Assembly: GCA_963754925.1 (NCBI GenBank)
Contig: CAVWHX010000012.1
Coordinates: 32,001-96,000 of the forward strand
Direction of reading: 5' to 3'
DNA length: 64,000 nt
Source: an uncultured delta proteobacterium
Lineage (GTDB): Bacteria; Myxococcota; B64-G9
The position numbers and the translations under genes are program-made. Below the pieces are notes generated by a model, which had not been told where the DNA came from, searched no databases, and saw only the letters and a list, made by a program, of their open reading frames with translations. This document shows positions 18,702 to 28,408 of this stretch, in pieces. The first letter of the stretch is position 1; every line of letters starts with the position of its first letter.

Positions 18702-20042
18702 ATGCGATCGGAGGTAGGGCAGATGGTGGTGTGGGTTCTGGTGTTTTTTTCAATACCTGCACTCGCGGCCGACAAGCCGGCCGAGAAGAAATCGACCGAG
18801 ATTCAATTGGCGGTTCTTACTCTTCCCGGCAACGAAGTCAAACTCGATGAGCAGGACCGGACCCAGAACATTTTACTCGATTCTGCCCTTGCTCATAGCG
18901 GAGCCGATTTGGCCTGGCAACTGGTCGCGTTTTCCCCGCCAGGATATTCTCCGCCCGAGCAGGAGATTCTCTCCGATTTGAAAAAGAACATCGAGTTAGG
19001 CAAGCAGGCATACCGCTACCTTAAATTGCCTGAGGCGCTCGCGACCTTCAAGAACGTATTCCAGAAACTGCGGAACAATCCACCCGCTAGGTGCGATCCG
19101 AAAACCGTTACCGATTTACTGTTTTACTGGGCCCGCGCAGCACTCGATACCGGCGATGAGGCAGCGTCCCAAAACTTGCTTGGAAAAATTCTGCGCTTTG
19201 ATCCAACAGCTGGACCGGATCCGGCGGTGATGCCCCCCAACGTAGTCGCCGCCTTCGACATGGCGACCGAATATCAAAAACATAAACCACAGGCCACGGT
19301 GACCATGGAAGTTGGACCCGGACAAGGCAACCTATTCGTGGACTGCGCCGCTAAACCGGCTGGCCTGGTCGATACGTCTGGCCCGATTGGTGAGGAGTTT
19401 TGGATCGCCAGTGAAATTGAACGGGGGATGTTCCGAGCCACCTTCACTTTTCGGGATGGCCCCAAGCGTAAGCTTAAAATTTGGAGCGGGCAACCGAACG
19501 ACCCGTCAACGATCGCCGAACATTTTCGAGTCCTTTCGAGAAGCACGGTGAAACTTAGAGATTTGACATCCAGCAACGTTAATCTGGATGCGATTAGTTC
19601 AATACTCAATGTTCAAATGCTGATAGTGGGCGAAAACCGCGCCTCTCCGCGCGGAAGGACGGTTGCTGTGGCCCTGTATGTTCCCAAGAAGGGCGTGCAG
19701 GGGAACCCGATTGAAATCGATCTGAACGAGAACGGAGAACCAAAAACCGATTCTCTTGAAAATGCGTTCAATCAATTAACCAACGACGTAAAAAGTCCAA
19801 CACTCTTGGCTTTGTTAACTCCGGCAGCAAAACCTCCTGCCAGTACAGCGCGCGAGGATGTAACAAAACGCAAGGAGTCAGAAGCGTCTACTCCCTGGTA
19901 TAAAACGTGGTGGTTCTGGACGGCGACCGGCGCCGTCGTTGCCGTAGTTGTGGTGGGCGCGGTGGTAGGCGTTGAGAGTAGCAAAAAAACAAAAAGCGGC
20001 AACGTGTTAATAACTATTAAGCCCCCCTTTTCCACTCCATAA
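18702..20042 (+). CDS. exported protein with a Trp-rich C-terminal membrane anchor (myxobacterial type)
   Basis: Signal peptide; C-terminal PWYKTWWFWTATGAVVAVVVVGAVVGV; AAGGAG RBS. Confidence 0.7.
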   Translation: MRSEVGQMVVWVLVFFSIPALAADKPAEKKSTEIQLAVLTLPGNEVKLDEQDRTQNILLDSALAHSGADLAWQLVAFSPPGYSPPEQEILSDLKKNIELGKQAYRYLKLPEALATFKNVFQKLRNNPPARCDPKTVTDLLFYWARAALDTGDEAASQNLLGKILRFDPTAGPDPAVMPPNVVAAFDMATEYQKHKPQATVTMEVGPGQGNLFVDCAAKPAGLVDTSGPIGEEFWIASEIERGMFRATFTFRDGPKRKLKIWSGQPNDPSTIAEHFRVLSRSTVKLRDLTSSNVNLDAISSILNVQMLIVGENRASPRGRTVAVALYVPKKGVQGNPIEIDLNENGEPKTDSLENAFNQLTNDVKSPTLLALLTPAAKPPASTAREDVTKRKESEASTPWYKTWWFWTATGAVVAVVVVGAVVGVESSKKTKSGNVLITIKPPFSTP

Positions 20043-20217
20043 CCTCACCGCCCTAATGGATATATCTCTTTGTTTTAGATAGGTTACTGCGGCTGTAAAT
20101 CTGTGAAAAACGCACATCTCTCATCAAGACGTCATCAACTACCATTCGTACCACTTGAAATTATCCGTCTTTTTGTGCAAAGCTAGAGTTAATTATCAGT
20201 GGCTGGAGGGTTGCGGC

Positions 20218-20829
20218 ATGAGCCAATCACACATTCGTTGTTCAATACTATCAACGATTTTCCTGACAATCGTCTGGTCCTTCTCCACCGTCGGCGCAGA
20301 AACAATCAGGAACGATACGACAACACCAAGCGCAGCGGCGGTCACCGGAACGTCGCCGCTCGCCATCACCTCCAGCGCTTTCAAACCCCAGGGAGATATT
20401 CCGGCCGTCTACACCTGTCAGGGAAAAGATATCTCGCCGCCGCTTTCTTGGAAAGGAGTTCCCAGCAACGCCCAGAGCTTGGTGCTGATCGTTGACGATC
20501 CTGACGCTCCGGATCCGCTGGCTCCCAAAATGATCTGGGTCCACTGGGTGCTGTACAATATCCCGCCGACGGCGAGTTCCCTGCCAGAAGGAGTTGTTGA
20601 GGAGCAACTGCCTCCTAACATTCTCCTTGGAAAAAATGATTGGAAAAAGGCAGGCTATAACGGTCCCTGCCCGCCGATCGGGCGCCATCGCTATGTTCAT
20701 AAGCTCTATGCCCTGGATGTCGTCTTGCCCGATCTGCATGCGCCGACCAAAGCGCAACTCGAGCAGGCAATGAAGGGACACATAGTGGGTCAGGGCGAGA
20801 TCATCGGCAGGTATGAAAAAACAAAATAA
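20218..20829 (+). CDS. YbhB/YbcL (PEBP / Raf kinase inhibitor-like) protein
   Basis: DDPDAP, WVHWVLYNIP, YNGPCPPIGRHRY. Confidence 0.92.
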   Translation: MSQSHIRCSILSTIFLTIVWSFSTVGAETIRNDTTTPSAAAVTGTSPLAITSSAFKPQGDIPAVYTCQGKDISPPLSWKGVPSNAQSLVLIVDDPDAPDPLAPKMIWVHWVLYNIPPTASSLPEGVVEEQLPPNILLGKNDWKKAGYNGPCPPIGRHRYVHKLYALDVVLPDLHAPTKAQLEQAMKGHIVGQGEIIGRYEKTK

Positions 20830-20901
20830 GATGTTTTCCATGAATGGCCGCGATCGTGGCGCTCGACGTCTACTGACGATCGATAGCATGCGGGAGACAA
20901 T

Positions 20902-21681
20902 GTGAATCAACTGGAATTCGGTTTCGAGAATCTACGCGCGACGCACCGTCGCGTGCCCGGGTTTGAAAGCCTGCAGAACCTCGAAAAAACATTTGCGTCC
21001 CGCCTGAGCTCGCTTCTCGGAAAATCGCTGACCGTGCGCTTCACCAATAATAGTTCCACGATGATCTCCTCGAAGGAGCAGCGGGGCGCGTTGATAGTGC
21101 GGCTTCACCATATGTTCATTAATGCGGATAAGACAGCCTTGACGGCTCTGGCGAGCTATCTTAGAGGATCTCGGCGCCATGAGGCATGCCTTGATCGTTT
21201 TATCGCTCGGAACCGCCATAAAGTGTTTCGCAAACCGCCTCCCGGCATCGAACGTGCGCGCGGCCGATATTTTGATCTGGAAAAGATTCGCGCCTGCCTC
21301 AGCCGCGCCTACTTTTCCAACGCGGTAAGCGTTCCCGTGGTGTGGGGCCGAAATGGGCAGAACAAGGGCAAAAGAAGTATTCGACTCGGATCGTACTCAT
21401 TTGCGGATAGCGTCATTTACATCCATCCCATACTCGATCAGGAATTTGTGCCAACCTATATGGTTGTGGCGGTGGTCTACCATGAGATGCTCCATCATAT
21501 CATCGGCTCGATCGAGACCAATGGCCAGCGCAGAGTTCACACCGCGGAGTTTCGCCGTCGCGAGAAGGCATATATTCATCACCATCGGGCCGCGGCCTGG
21601 GAGAAAAACAACATAGGAAAGTTATTGAGAAAATCACCTATAACGACGCGAAGGAATACCCTGCATGAAATCCAGATGTGA
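20902..21681 (+). CDS. SprT-like / DUF45 zinc metalloprotease
   Basis: RLGSY, IHPILD, YHEMLHH (HExxH), HTAEFR. Confidence 0.8.
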   Translation: MNQLEFGFENLRATHRRVPGFESLQNLEKTFASRLSSLLGKSLTVRFTNNSSTMISSKEQRGALIVRLHHMFINADKTALTALASYLRGSRRHEACLDRFIARNRHKVFRKPPPGIERARGRYFDLEKIRACLSRAYFSNAVSVPVVWGRNGQNKGKRSIRLGSYSFADSVIYIHPILDQEFVPTYMVVAVVYHEMLHHIIGSIETNGQRRVHTAEFRRREKAYIHHHRAAAWEKNNIGKLLRKSPITTRRNTLHEIQM

Positions 21682-21824
21682 AAACTGTAAATTAAAGAAA
21701 ATATGCTGAAAGAAAACCAACGTCCCTTATCAGCAGAATCTGGAAATGGCACACAACCTGGTGTCCTGGCTGGAAGAAATATCAGCTGGAACTAGCGCAA
21801 CAGAATAGCAACAGGATTACCTAG
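21665..21824 (+). CDS. 52-aa Cys/Trp-rich small protein (one extra A near 21695)
   Basis: Removing one A gives MKSRCENCKL(R/K)KYAERKPTSLISRIWKWHTTWCPGWKKYQLELAQQNSNRIT; AAGGA RBS. Confidence 0.6.
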
Positions 21825-21877
21825 AAAATCACTAACGCATTGAGCGCTCTGCCTGATCCGAGAGCAAATAGAGTACG

Positions 21878-23116
21878 ATGACTAGCTACGATGTGCTTGT
21901 TTTGGGGGCGGGACCGGCTGGATTGTTTACCGCTCTTAAGGCCACCGAAAAACTTTCCAATGTCTTAATTCTGGAGAAAATGCCCGCCGCAGGACGCAAG
22001 CTTTTGCTAACCGGTTCAGGTCAATGCAATTTCACTAACATTAGGCCGATTAGGGAATTTCTTAACGCTTATGGCGATCATGGCACCTTTTTAAAACCAG
22101 CCCTTTATCATTACACCAATCAGGATATTATCGCGTTTTTTAGACAACAAGGGGTTGAGGTAGAGGTCGTCTCAGAAAATGGTAAGGTTTTTCCTCAGTC
22201 ACGTCAATCCAAAGACATTCTCAAGGTACTATTGTCTGCCTGCCAAAAATGCTCCGTTGAGATTCGCTACCGACAAAAAGACATCCAGCTCCAACCGAAG
22301 CCGAACCATACCTTTAGCGTTTATTCTGCATCTAAAGAATACCTGGCTCACAACGTCGTCATTGCCACCGGTGGGAAATCGTATCCTGGCACCGGCTCTA
22401 CCGGCGATGGATACATCTTGGCACAGTCCGTAGGCCACTCCGTGGCGCCTCCTCGCCCCGGTCTGACTCCTTTTTTTATTAAGAACTTTTCTTTGGCTGA
22501 ATTAACCGGGATATCCTTTAAGGATCTGCGCGTCACCCTATGGCATAACGGGAAAAAGCTGAGATCTTCAAGCGGGGATCTGGTATTGACCCATCAAGGA
22601 ATATCCGGACCGGTTGTGCATAACTTGGCGCGCTTTGCCTGCAGTAACGACACGGTAACGCTCTCTTTTGTTGCTGGTGAAAATTCCGAAACATTCAAAC
22701 AAGAATGCCTGTCTGATATGGAAAAAAATGGAAAGCTTCAGGTAAAAACCTGGCTCAAGAAATACCAATTACCCTTGGCGTTATCCCATAAAATAATGAC
22801 GCTGGCCGAGGTTAAATCTGATGGTGTGTTGGCGCAACTCAGCCGGAAAAAACGGTTATCGCTGCTGCACCTGTTGACCGACTTTCCTCTGGAAATAGAA
22901 GCGTTGGGCGACTTCAGTATCGCTATGGTCACCTGCGGCGGTGTAGCCTTAGAAGAAGTAAACCCAAAAACCATGGAGTCCCGTTTGGTTAAGGGCTTGT
23001 ATTTTGTTGGTGAAGTGCTTGACGTTGATGGCGATAGCGGAGGCTATGATCTTCAAGCTGCTTGGTCAACCGCCGCATTGGCTGCTCATGCGATGACCAT
23101 GACCGGTTACTTCTGA
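21878..23116 (+). CDS. HI0933/BaiN-family flavoprotein
   Basis: GAGPAG, GRKLLLTGSGQCNFTN, ATGGKSYP, GGYDLQAAWST. Confidence 0.92.
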   Translation: MTSYDVLVLGAGPAGLFTALKATEKLSNVLILEKMPAAGRKLLLTGSGQCNFTNIRPIREFLNAYGDHGTFLKPALYHYTNQDIIAFFRQQGVEVEVVSENGKVFPQSRQSKDILKVLLSACQKCSVEIRYRQKDIQLQPKPNHTFSVYSASKEYLAHNVVIATGGKSYPGTGSTGDGYILAQSVGHSVAPPRPGLTPFFIKNFSLAELTGISFKDLRVTLWHNGKKLRSSSGDLVLTHQGISGPVVHNLARFACSNDTVTLSFVAGENSETFKQECLSDMEKNGKLQVKTWLKKYQLPLALSHKIMTLAEVKSDGVLAQLSRKKRLSLLHLLTDFPLEIEALGDFSIAMVTCGGVALEEVNPKTMESRLVKGLYFVGEVLDVDGDSGGYDLQAAWSTAALAAHAMTMTGYF

Positions 23117-23160
23117 TCCAACAACAGCAGGATTATGAATAGAGGGTTTAGGGATGGAAC

Positions 23161-24456
23161 CTATTCAGCGCCCTTATTAGTGAGGCGAATAAGCGTGCCG
23201 TCGACGCCGGCGATCAGAATATCAACCGGATCGCAAACCCAGGTGGTAACCGTAGCACCGTTCGCGTCGGTGGTCGTGGTCGTGCGATCCGATAACGAAC
23301 GCGGAGTAGTGCCCCAAACAGCTTCTAGTCGGTTGGAGGTGATATCACCTAACGGACACAGCAAATTATCGTGATCAAAATACAGCGTGCCGTCCCAACC
23401 AACATATATTCGCCACGAGGTGGTCGGACGATCGGCCTCGGTCCCACCGACAGGAATATCTCCGCACTTTTCTTGGGAAAAGCTCCAACTCGAGCGTAGA
23501 TAGGTCGGGGGCAAATCGAGATTGAGAATACTCCAACTTCCTGATCTCCGATTTACGACCGTGCCCCCGTTGCCGACCGCATAAAGATCATCACCCGACT
23601 GACCCCATATCCCCTTCAGGTCAGTGGTTAAGCCTGGAACGACCACGCTTGTAGCGCTCAGGCCCGCACCGTCAATGCTCATGATCGTACCGATGTCACC
23701 CACAGCCACAAAGTCGCTGACACTCACGCCAAATACTCCATTGAGCTGGTCAGGGGTCCAGCGAAGGTATTCGGTGGTGGGTGGATTAGGAGGAGTGTGT
23801 TCCATCGTCACCTGCTGACGCATTTCTTCGAAAGTGTTTTTGGTGTTATCGTAGGCTACGATGAGACCATTGGCGCCGACCGCTATCACCGTTGGTTCGC
23901 TGGTTACGTCGGTGGGAGGAATGCCCCATATGTCATAAATATCGTCGGTGACAGCGCTCTCACTATTATCATTGGCCGGATCGGTGAAAAACACCAGCTG
24001 GCTCTGCCAGGTTGTCCCATTGAAACGGAGAATTACTCCATTCTCGCCGACCACGAACACATCTTGCCGCACTATGGCGCCGTTTGTATCTTTAAGCACG
24101 TAGCCCCAAACCCCGTAAAGGTTCTCAGAAGTACCCGAGTTCATATTCGTCCAGGCGTTGCCATCGAAATGTAAAATATTACCATTGAAACCAACTACAT
24201 AAATGTCTTCTGGTCCACTACCCCAAACATCCATCAGGTCATTGTTAGGGGTGTCGCCGGCGGTAAGTCCGGTTTGCTCGTTTTTCACTGTCCAAATTTG
24301 ACCCCATTCCTGCGCTGCCTGTTCGCAGGCGGTCAGGTTACCAGACCCGTCGGAAGTTGACCCACCATTATTGGAAGAATTGACTTTACTACAACAGACG
24401 ATAATACCAATTAGCACCAATTCTACAATTATACTTAAAATTGAAACGCGCCGCAT
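23161..24456 (-). CDS. exported beta-propeller repeat protein (probable lipoprotein)
   Basis: Repeated (L/I)xx(V/I)WG...VVGxNGxI motifs; hydrophobic N-terminus ending in Cys. Confidence 0.75.
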   Translation of the reverse strand: MRRVSILSIIVELVLIGIIVCCSKVNSSNNGGSTSDGSGNLTACEQAAQEWGQIWTVKNEQTGLTAGDTPNNDLMDVWGSGPEDIYVVGFNGNILHFDGNAWTNMNSGTSENLYGVWGYVLKDTNGAIVRQDVFVVGENGVILRFNGTTWQSQLVFFTDPANDNSESAVTDDIYDIWGIPPTDVTSEPTVIAVGANGLIVAYDNTKNTFEEMRQQVTMEHTPPNPPTTEYLRWTPDQLNGVFGVSVSDFVAVGDIGTIMSIDGAGLSATSVVVPGLTTDLKGIWGQSGDDLYAVGNGGTVVNRRSGSWSILNLDLPPTYLRSSWSFSQEKCGDIPVGGTEADRPTTSWRIYVGWDGTLYFDHDNLLCPLGDITSNRLEAVWGTTPRSLSDRTTTTTDANGATVTTWVCDPVDILIAGVDGTLIRLTNKGAE

Positions 24457-24478
24457 GGTTTGCTCCAACATACTGTTA

Positions 24479-26077
24479 TTATTCTGTTAACTTAACGGTA
24501 ACGGTCTGTAACTGCCCTGATCGCACCGTTACTAAAATCACTCTTTCTATTTTAAGCTCTGGGTTAAAAAAACGCAACCTATGTTTCCCAGGACGAACAG
24601 GCACCTTGAAAAGCGGCGTCTCCTTTTCTAATCTCAGTCCATCGACTTCGACCAGCGCCCAGGGACTGGCATTGAGATTCAGGTACCCGAGGCGTGGCCG
24701 CGGGTCCCTATTGACAACTCCCCCATTATGGGGCGTTGCAACTGGTTGGATGGTCGAAGCCGTTGGCGCACTACCGGCTTCATTTGAACCATCGGGCGCT
24801 TTGAGAATCCCGTTGTCATTACTACCTGTTTTTGACGCGGCGTCTTCATTGATTTTTTTTATGATTTCGTTACGTACATCCGATTTCAAACCTGCATCAA
24901 TGTCCTGGGCCGATTCTGATCCTCTTAGAGCAATGCCAATCGCCACTGAAACAATTATCAAGGCTAATCCGAGAGGCATCAGCCACAATACGTTTCGTCT
25001 TGGTCGGGGTGGAGCGGTGTGCAGCTCAAGGGTGCCCAACTTGAGAATCTCCCCGGTAGAAAGTCCCGTCCGGATATCATCCTGCCGGTTTTTACCCAAC
25101 TGTTCACGGAGTTGATCGCCGACACTCCACCGGCGAGCCGGAAGATCGAACTCGGGGCCAAAGACCGTGCGCATCCAATCTGCGAACATAGCATACGAAA
25201 ATGCCGGCTCGCTTTCGTGGAGGATCCCCGTTAGGACCATTTGGAGGCTGCCGCACGTGTCGAAGCGAGACGCCCGATCGCTCGCGAGCATGCGCTGTAC
25301 TACCTGATCGAGCTCGGCACTAATCTCGGACCGTACGCGCGATGGCGGTGGCGTCTCAGCGGTGCGCACCCGTTGCAGCGTATCGATCTCGTTTACCCCT
25401 TCGAACGCGCGCCGGCCGGTGAGAAGCTCAAACAGCACCGCTCCGAGACTAAATTGGTCCGAGCGGCCGTCAAGCTCTCCACAGGCAGCCTGCTCCGGGG
25501 AGAGGTAGGCGGCCTTGCCGCGGATGATGCCCTGCGACGTCTCGTGTATTCGACTGTGAGCCTTGGCGATGCCAAAGTCGGTCAATTTTATTTCGCCGTG
25601 GAATCCCACGAGAATATTTTGCGGACTCACATCGCGGTGAATAATGCCGGTCGGTCGGTCGCTGGAATCACGAAAGCGGTGGGCGTAGTCCAAACCCTTG
25701 GCGACCTCGGCGGCAATATACAGCGCCACGGGAATGGGCATGAGCTCGTTGCGTTCTCTTAACCGATCGATGACGGTTTGAAGGTTGCTGCCGCGTACAT
25801 ACTCCATAGCGAGGAAGTAATCATCGCCCTCCTGACCAAACTCAAACACTTGGACGATGTTCCCATGCGTGAGCGGCAGACTGATACGAGCCTCATCGAT
25901 GAACATTGCGATGAATTCACGATTCTGCGCCAGGTGGGGCAGCACGCGCTTGATCACTAATTCCTTGGACGTGCCCTCCGCCGAACGCAGCTGGGCGCGA
26001 TAGATGTGCGCCATACCACCGGTGGCAAGGAGCTCAAGGAGATCATACCGACCAAATTTAATCGGGAAATTCTCCAT
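24479..26077 (-). CDS. Hanks-type Ser/Thr protein kinase with TM helix and PEGA-like C-domain
   Basis: LATGGMA, VIKR, HRDVSPQN, DFG, YLSPEQ. Confidence 0.93.
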   Translation of the reverse strand: MENFPIKFGRYDLLELLATGGMAHIYRAQLRSAEGTSKELVIKRVLPHLAQNREFIAMFIDEARISLPLTHGNIVQVFEFGQEGDDYFLAMEYVRGSNLQTVIDRLRERNELMPIPVALYIAAEVAKGLDYAHRFRDSSDRPTGIIHRDVSPQNILVGFHGEIKLTDFGIAKAHSRIHETSQGIIRGKAAYLSPEQAACGELDGRSDQFSLGAVLFELLTGRRAFEGVNEIDTLQRVRTAETPPPSRVRSEISAELDQVVQRMLASDRASRFDTCGSLQMVLTGILHESEPAFSYAMFADWMRTVFGPEFDLPARRWSVGDQLREQLGKNRQDDIRTGLSTGEILKLGTLELHTAPPRPRRNVLWLMPLGLALIIVSVAIGIALRGSESAQDIDAGLKSDVRNEIIKKINEDAASKTGSNDNGILKAPDGSNEAGSAPTASTIQPVATPHNGGVVNRDPRPRLGYLNLNASPWALVEVDGLRLEKETPLFKVPVRPGKHRLRFFNPELKIERVILVTVRSGQLQTVTVKLTE

Positions 26078-26254
26078 AGTATCAGAATACCATGCTGGTT
26101 CCCGGCACGCCAAAAGTAGACAAAAAAATCTATCGATGTATACTGGCTCGCGCGTATCAACGGCACTCACCATACGTACAAAGTAGGCGGCGGGAGGCTA
26201 TTTTCGGAACCCTATTGAAACACAGTAAGCAATCCTAACTATCAAGGAGGGCGC

Positions 26255-26542
26255 GTGGCCGACATATACAATCTCACCCCTTATTTTTGCGCTCGCCAAA
26301 TGGCGCACCAGTTGCTCCAACGTCAAGGGGCAGATTTCTTTGCGCTCTCAGAACGAGATGCGCCTGCTTTTCGACTAGATCCGCATAAGATCGATTGGGT
26401 GGTGAACTCGGCTGCCGATACCGCCCGCAGAGTTGCCCCCAATCTTCCTACCAGCGCGCATGATTTAGACGTATGCCGAGAAAGGCTCCAGAACGATCTG
26501 CTCCGGAAATTCGTCGCCAGTCACCTCCATATACCTCGGTGA
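26255..26542 (+). CDS. hypothetical protein
   Basis: AAGGAGG RBS before GTG; fills the gap between two minus-strand genes. Confidence 0.6.
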   Translation: MADIYNLTPYFCARQMAHQLLQRQGADFFALSERDAPAFRLDPHKIDWVVNSAADTARRVAPNLPTSAHDLDVCRERLQNDLLRKFVASHLHIPR

Positions 26543-26551
26543 CCGCGCCGG

Positions 26552-28087
26552 TTAAATCATTCCAAACGGTGTGAGTGGATTCCGTCGACTTGACAACTCG
26601 GCATAGGGATCGTTCTGAAGTTGGTACTGTTTATCCATTTCGATGACAAAAACCGCAACAATGCGAGGATCGAACTGGGTGCCGGCGCATCGTTTGAGTT
26701 CAGCGATAGCGATTTCGTTTGAAAGCGCCTTCCGGTAGGCGCGATCGGATGTCATGGCATCATACGTATCGGCTACGGCCAAGATTCTGGCCTCGAGCGG
26801 AATTTGTTCTCCCTTGAGCCCCAGGGGGTACCCGCTGCCGTCATATTGCTCATGGTGGTGAAAGATAGCCGGGACAATCTCGCGCAAAAATTCGATCGGC
26901 TCGATAATGCGCCGGCCCTTGTCGGGGTGTTCTTTAAAAACTTCATACTCTTCGCGGGTGAGTTTTTGCGGTTTATTCAATGAGTCGAGCGGGATACCGA
27001 TCTTGCCAATATCATGCATCAAAGCGGCCGTGCTAAGCTTCTGTTGCTGCTCGTTGTTGAAGTTCAACCCCTGGGCAATCAACCCGCAATAGTGCATGAC
27101 TCGGTCGGAATGGCCGTGGGTGTACGGATCCTTGGCTTCCATCGCCCTGGCAAAGCCTTGAATAGTTTGCTGAAAACTGTCCTGAAGGTTTTGGAAAAGC
27201 CGAGCGTTGTCTATCGCCGATGAGGCCCGGTCGGCGAGGATGCTCAACATTTTCCGCTGACCTTCGCTAAATTTATTGCCGCGCGTATACGAAAAAACGC
27301 TGAGCATGCCAATTATTTCAAGCCGGATTTTAAGCGGCACGCTAATGAACGAAACTAGTCGCTGACCGGAAGGCAGCTTAGCGAAGAAACGACTGGCGCG
27401 GTTGCCATGGTAGAGCACCGGGCGGTCTTCGCGGAAGTGCTCGAGAATCTCAATCAGGTTGAGCTCCTCTTCCTCCTGACCGGGATCAAAACCCTCCCGG
27501 GCGCGACGGGTGCGTACCTCGAAAACGCTGTTGTTGGAATTGCTCAAGAGTAATGCTGCAATATCGGCGTGGGTCTCCCGCAAGGTGGTGGAAACAATGA
27601 TCTCGAGAATATTGTCGAGCGAGAGCGTTTTGGTCAGTGCTTCCGACATGGTATAGATCGAGAGCGCCTCACGCAGTTGGATGTTCTCCTGCTCGAGCCG
27701 CTGGGTTTCGAGCCCGCGCTGAACAATATGGATAACCTCTTGCACCTTGAAGGGCTTGAGGATGTAGTCATAGGCCCCTTTTTTCATCGCTTCGATGGCA
27801 GTCTCAACAGTCCCAAAGCCCGTCATGATCACCGTGAGCACCTTCAGAGCCCGACGGTTGATCTCTTCCAGCAACTCCAAACCACCCATACGGGGCATCT
27901 TGAGATCAGTGATCACCAAATTATAGGAGCGCTCTTCAAGTTCCTGGAGGGCCTGGATGCCGTCTTCGACCGTCCGAACGATGTACCCTTCCATTGTTAG
28001 AAAGTCGCTGAGGATTTCCCGGATAACCTTTTCGTCATCCACTACCAAGACCCGATGGGATTCTTCATGAAAACTATATTCCACCAT
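26552..28087 (-). CDS. response regulator with REC-GAF-HD-GYP domains (c-di-GMP phosphodiesterase)
   Basis: VVDD...TDLKMP...KPF receiver; HDIGK; HHEQYDGSGYP. Confidence 0.92.
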   Translation of the reverse strand: MVEYSFHEESHRVLVVDDEKVIREILSDFLTMEGYIVRTVEDGIQALQELEERSYNLVITDLKMPRMGGLELLEEINRRALKVLTVIMTGFGTVETAIEAMKKGAYDYILKPFKVQEVIHIVQRGLETQRLEQENIQLREALSIYTMSEALTKTLSLDNILEIIVSTTLRETHADIAALLLSNSNNSVFEVRTRRAREGFDPGQEEEELNLIEILEHFREDRPVLYHGNRASRFFAKLPSGQRLVSFISVPLKIRLEIIGMLSVFSYTRGNKFSEGQRKMLSILADRASSAIDNARLFQNLQDSFQQTIQGFARAMEAKDPYTHGHSDRVMHYCGLIAQGLNFNNEQQQKLSTAALMHDIGKIGIPLDSLNKPQKLTREEYEVFKEHPDKGRRIIEPIEFLREIVPAIFHHHEQYDGSGYPLGLKGEQIPLEARILAVADTYDAMTSDRAYRKALSNEIAIAELKRCAGTQFDPRIVAVFVIEMDKQYQLQNDPYAELSSRRNPLTPFGMI

Positions 28088-28379
28088 TAACCCGTTTCTC
28101 GCCCACCTATCATCCCAAAAAACTTATTGGCGGGCTGAAATAGGAGACCTATGAACACTCATCTACTTAAGTTTACCAAATATGCTCTTTTTCGCAAGTG
28201 TATTTCCATGATAGTGCGCTTCGAAAAACGCCCAAAAATTATATACCAGTAGACAACACCGCGACACGTTAGGCAAATTTTTACTACTTAAAGTCGCGCG
28301 AGCGCGGGGCATGGGAACGAATTTGAAATCCCCTGCGGGGATTAGTGGTTGTTGCTGAACAAAGTGAAGCTTACAACCA

Positions 28380-28408
28380 CTTATCCCTTTAGGGATAAGA
28401 GGCTCTAA
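28380..28408. repeat. internally deleted two-hairpin element overlapping the dnaE2 stop
   Basis: CTTATCCCTTTAGGGATAAGAGGCTCTAA. Confidence 0.75.
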
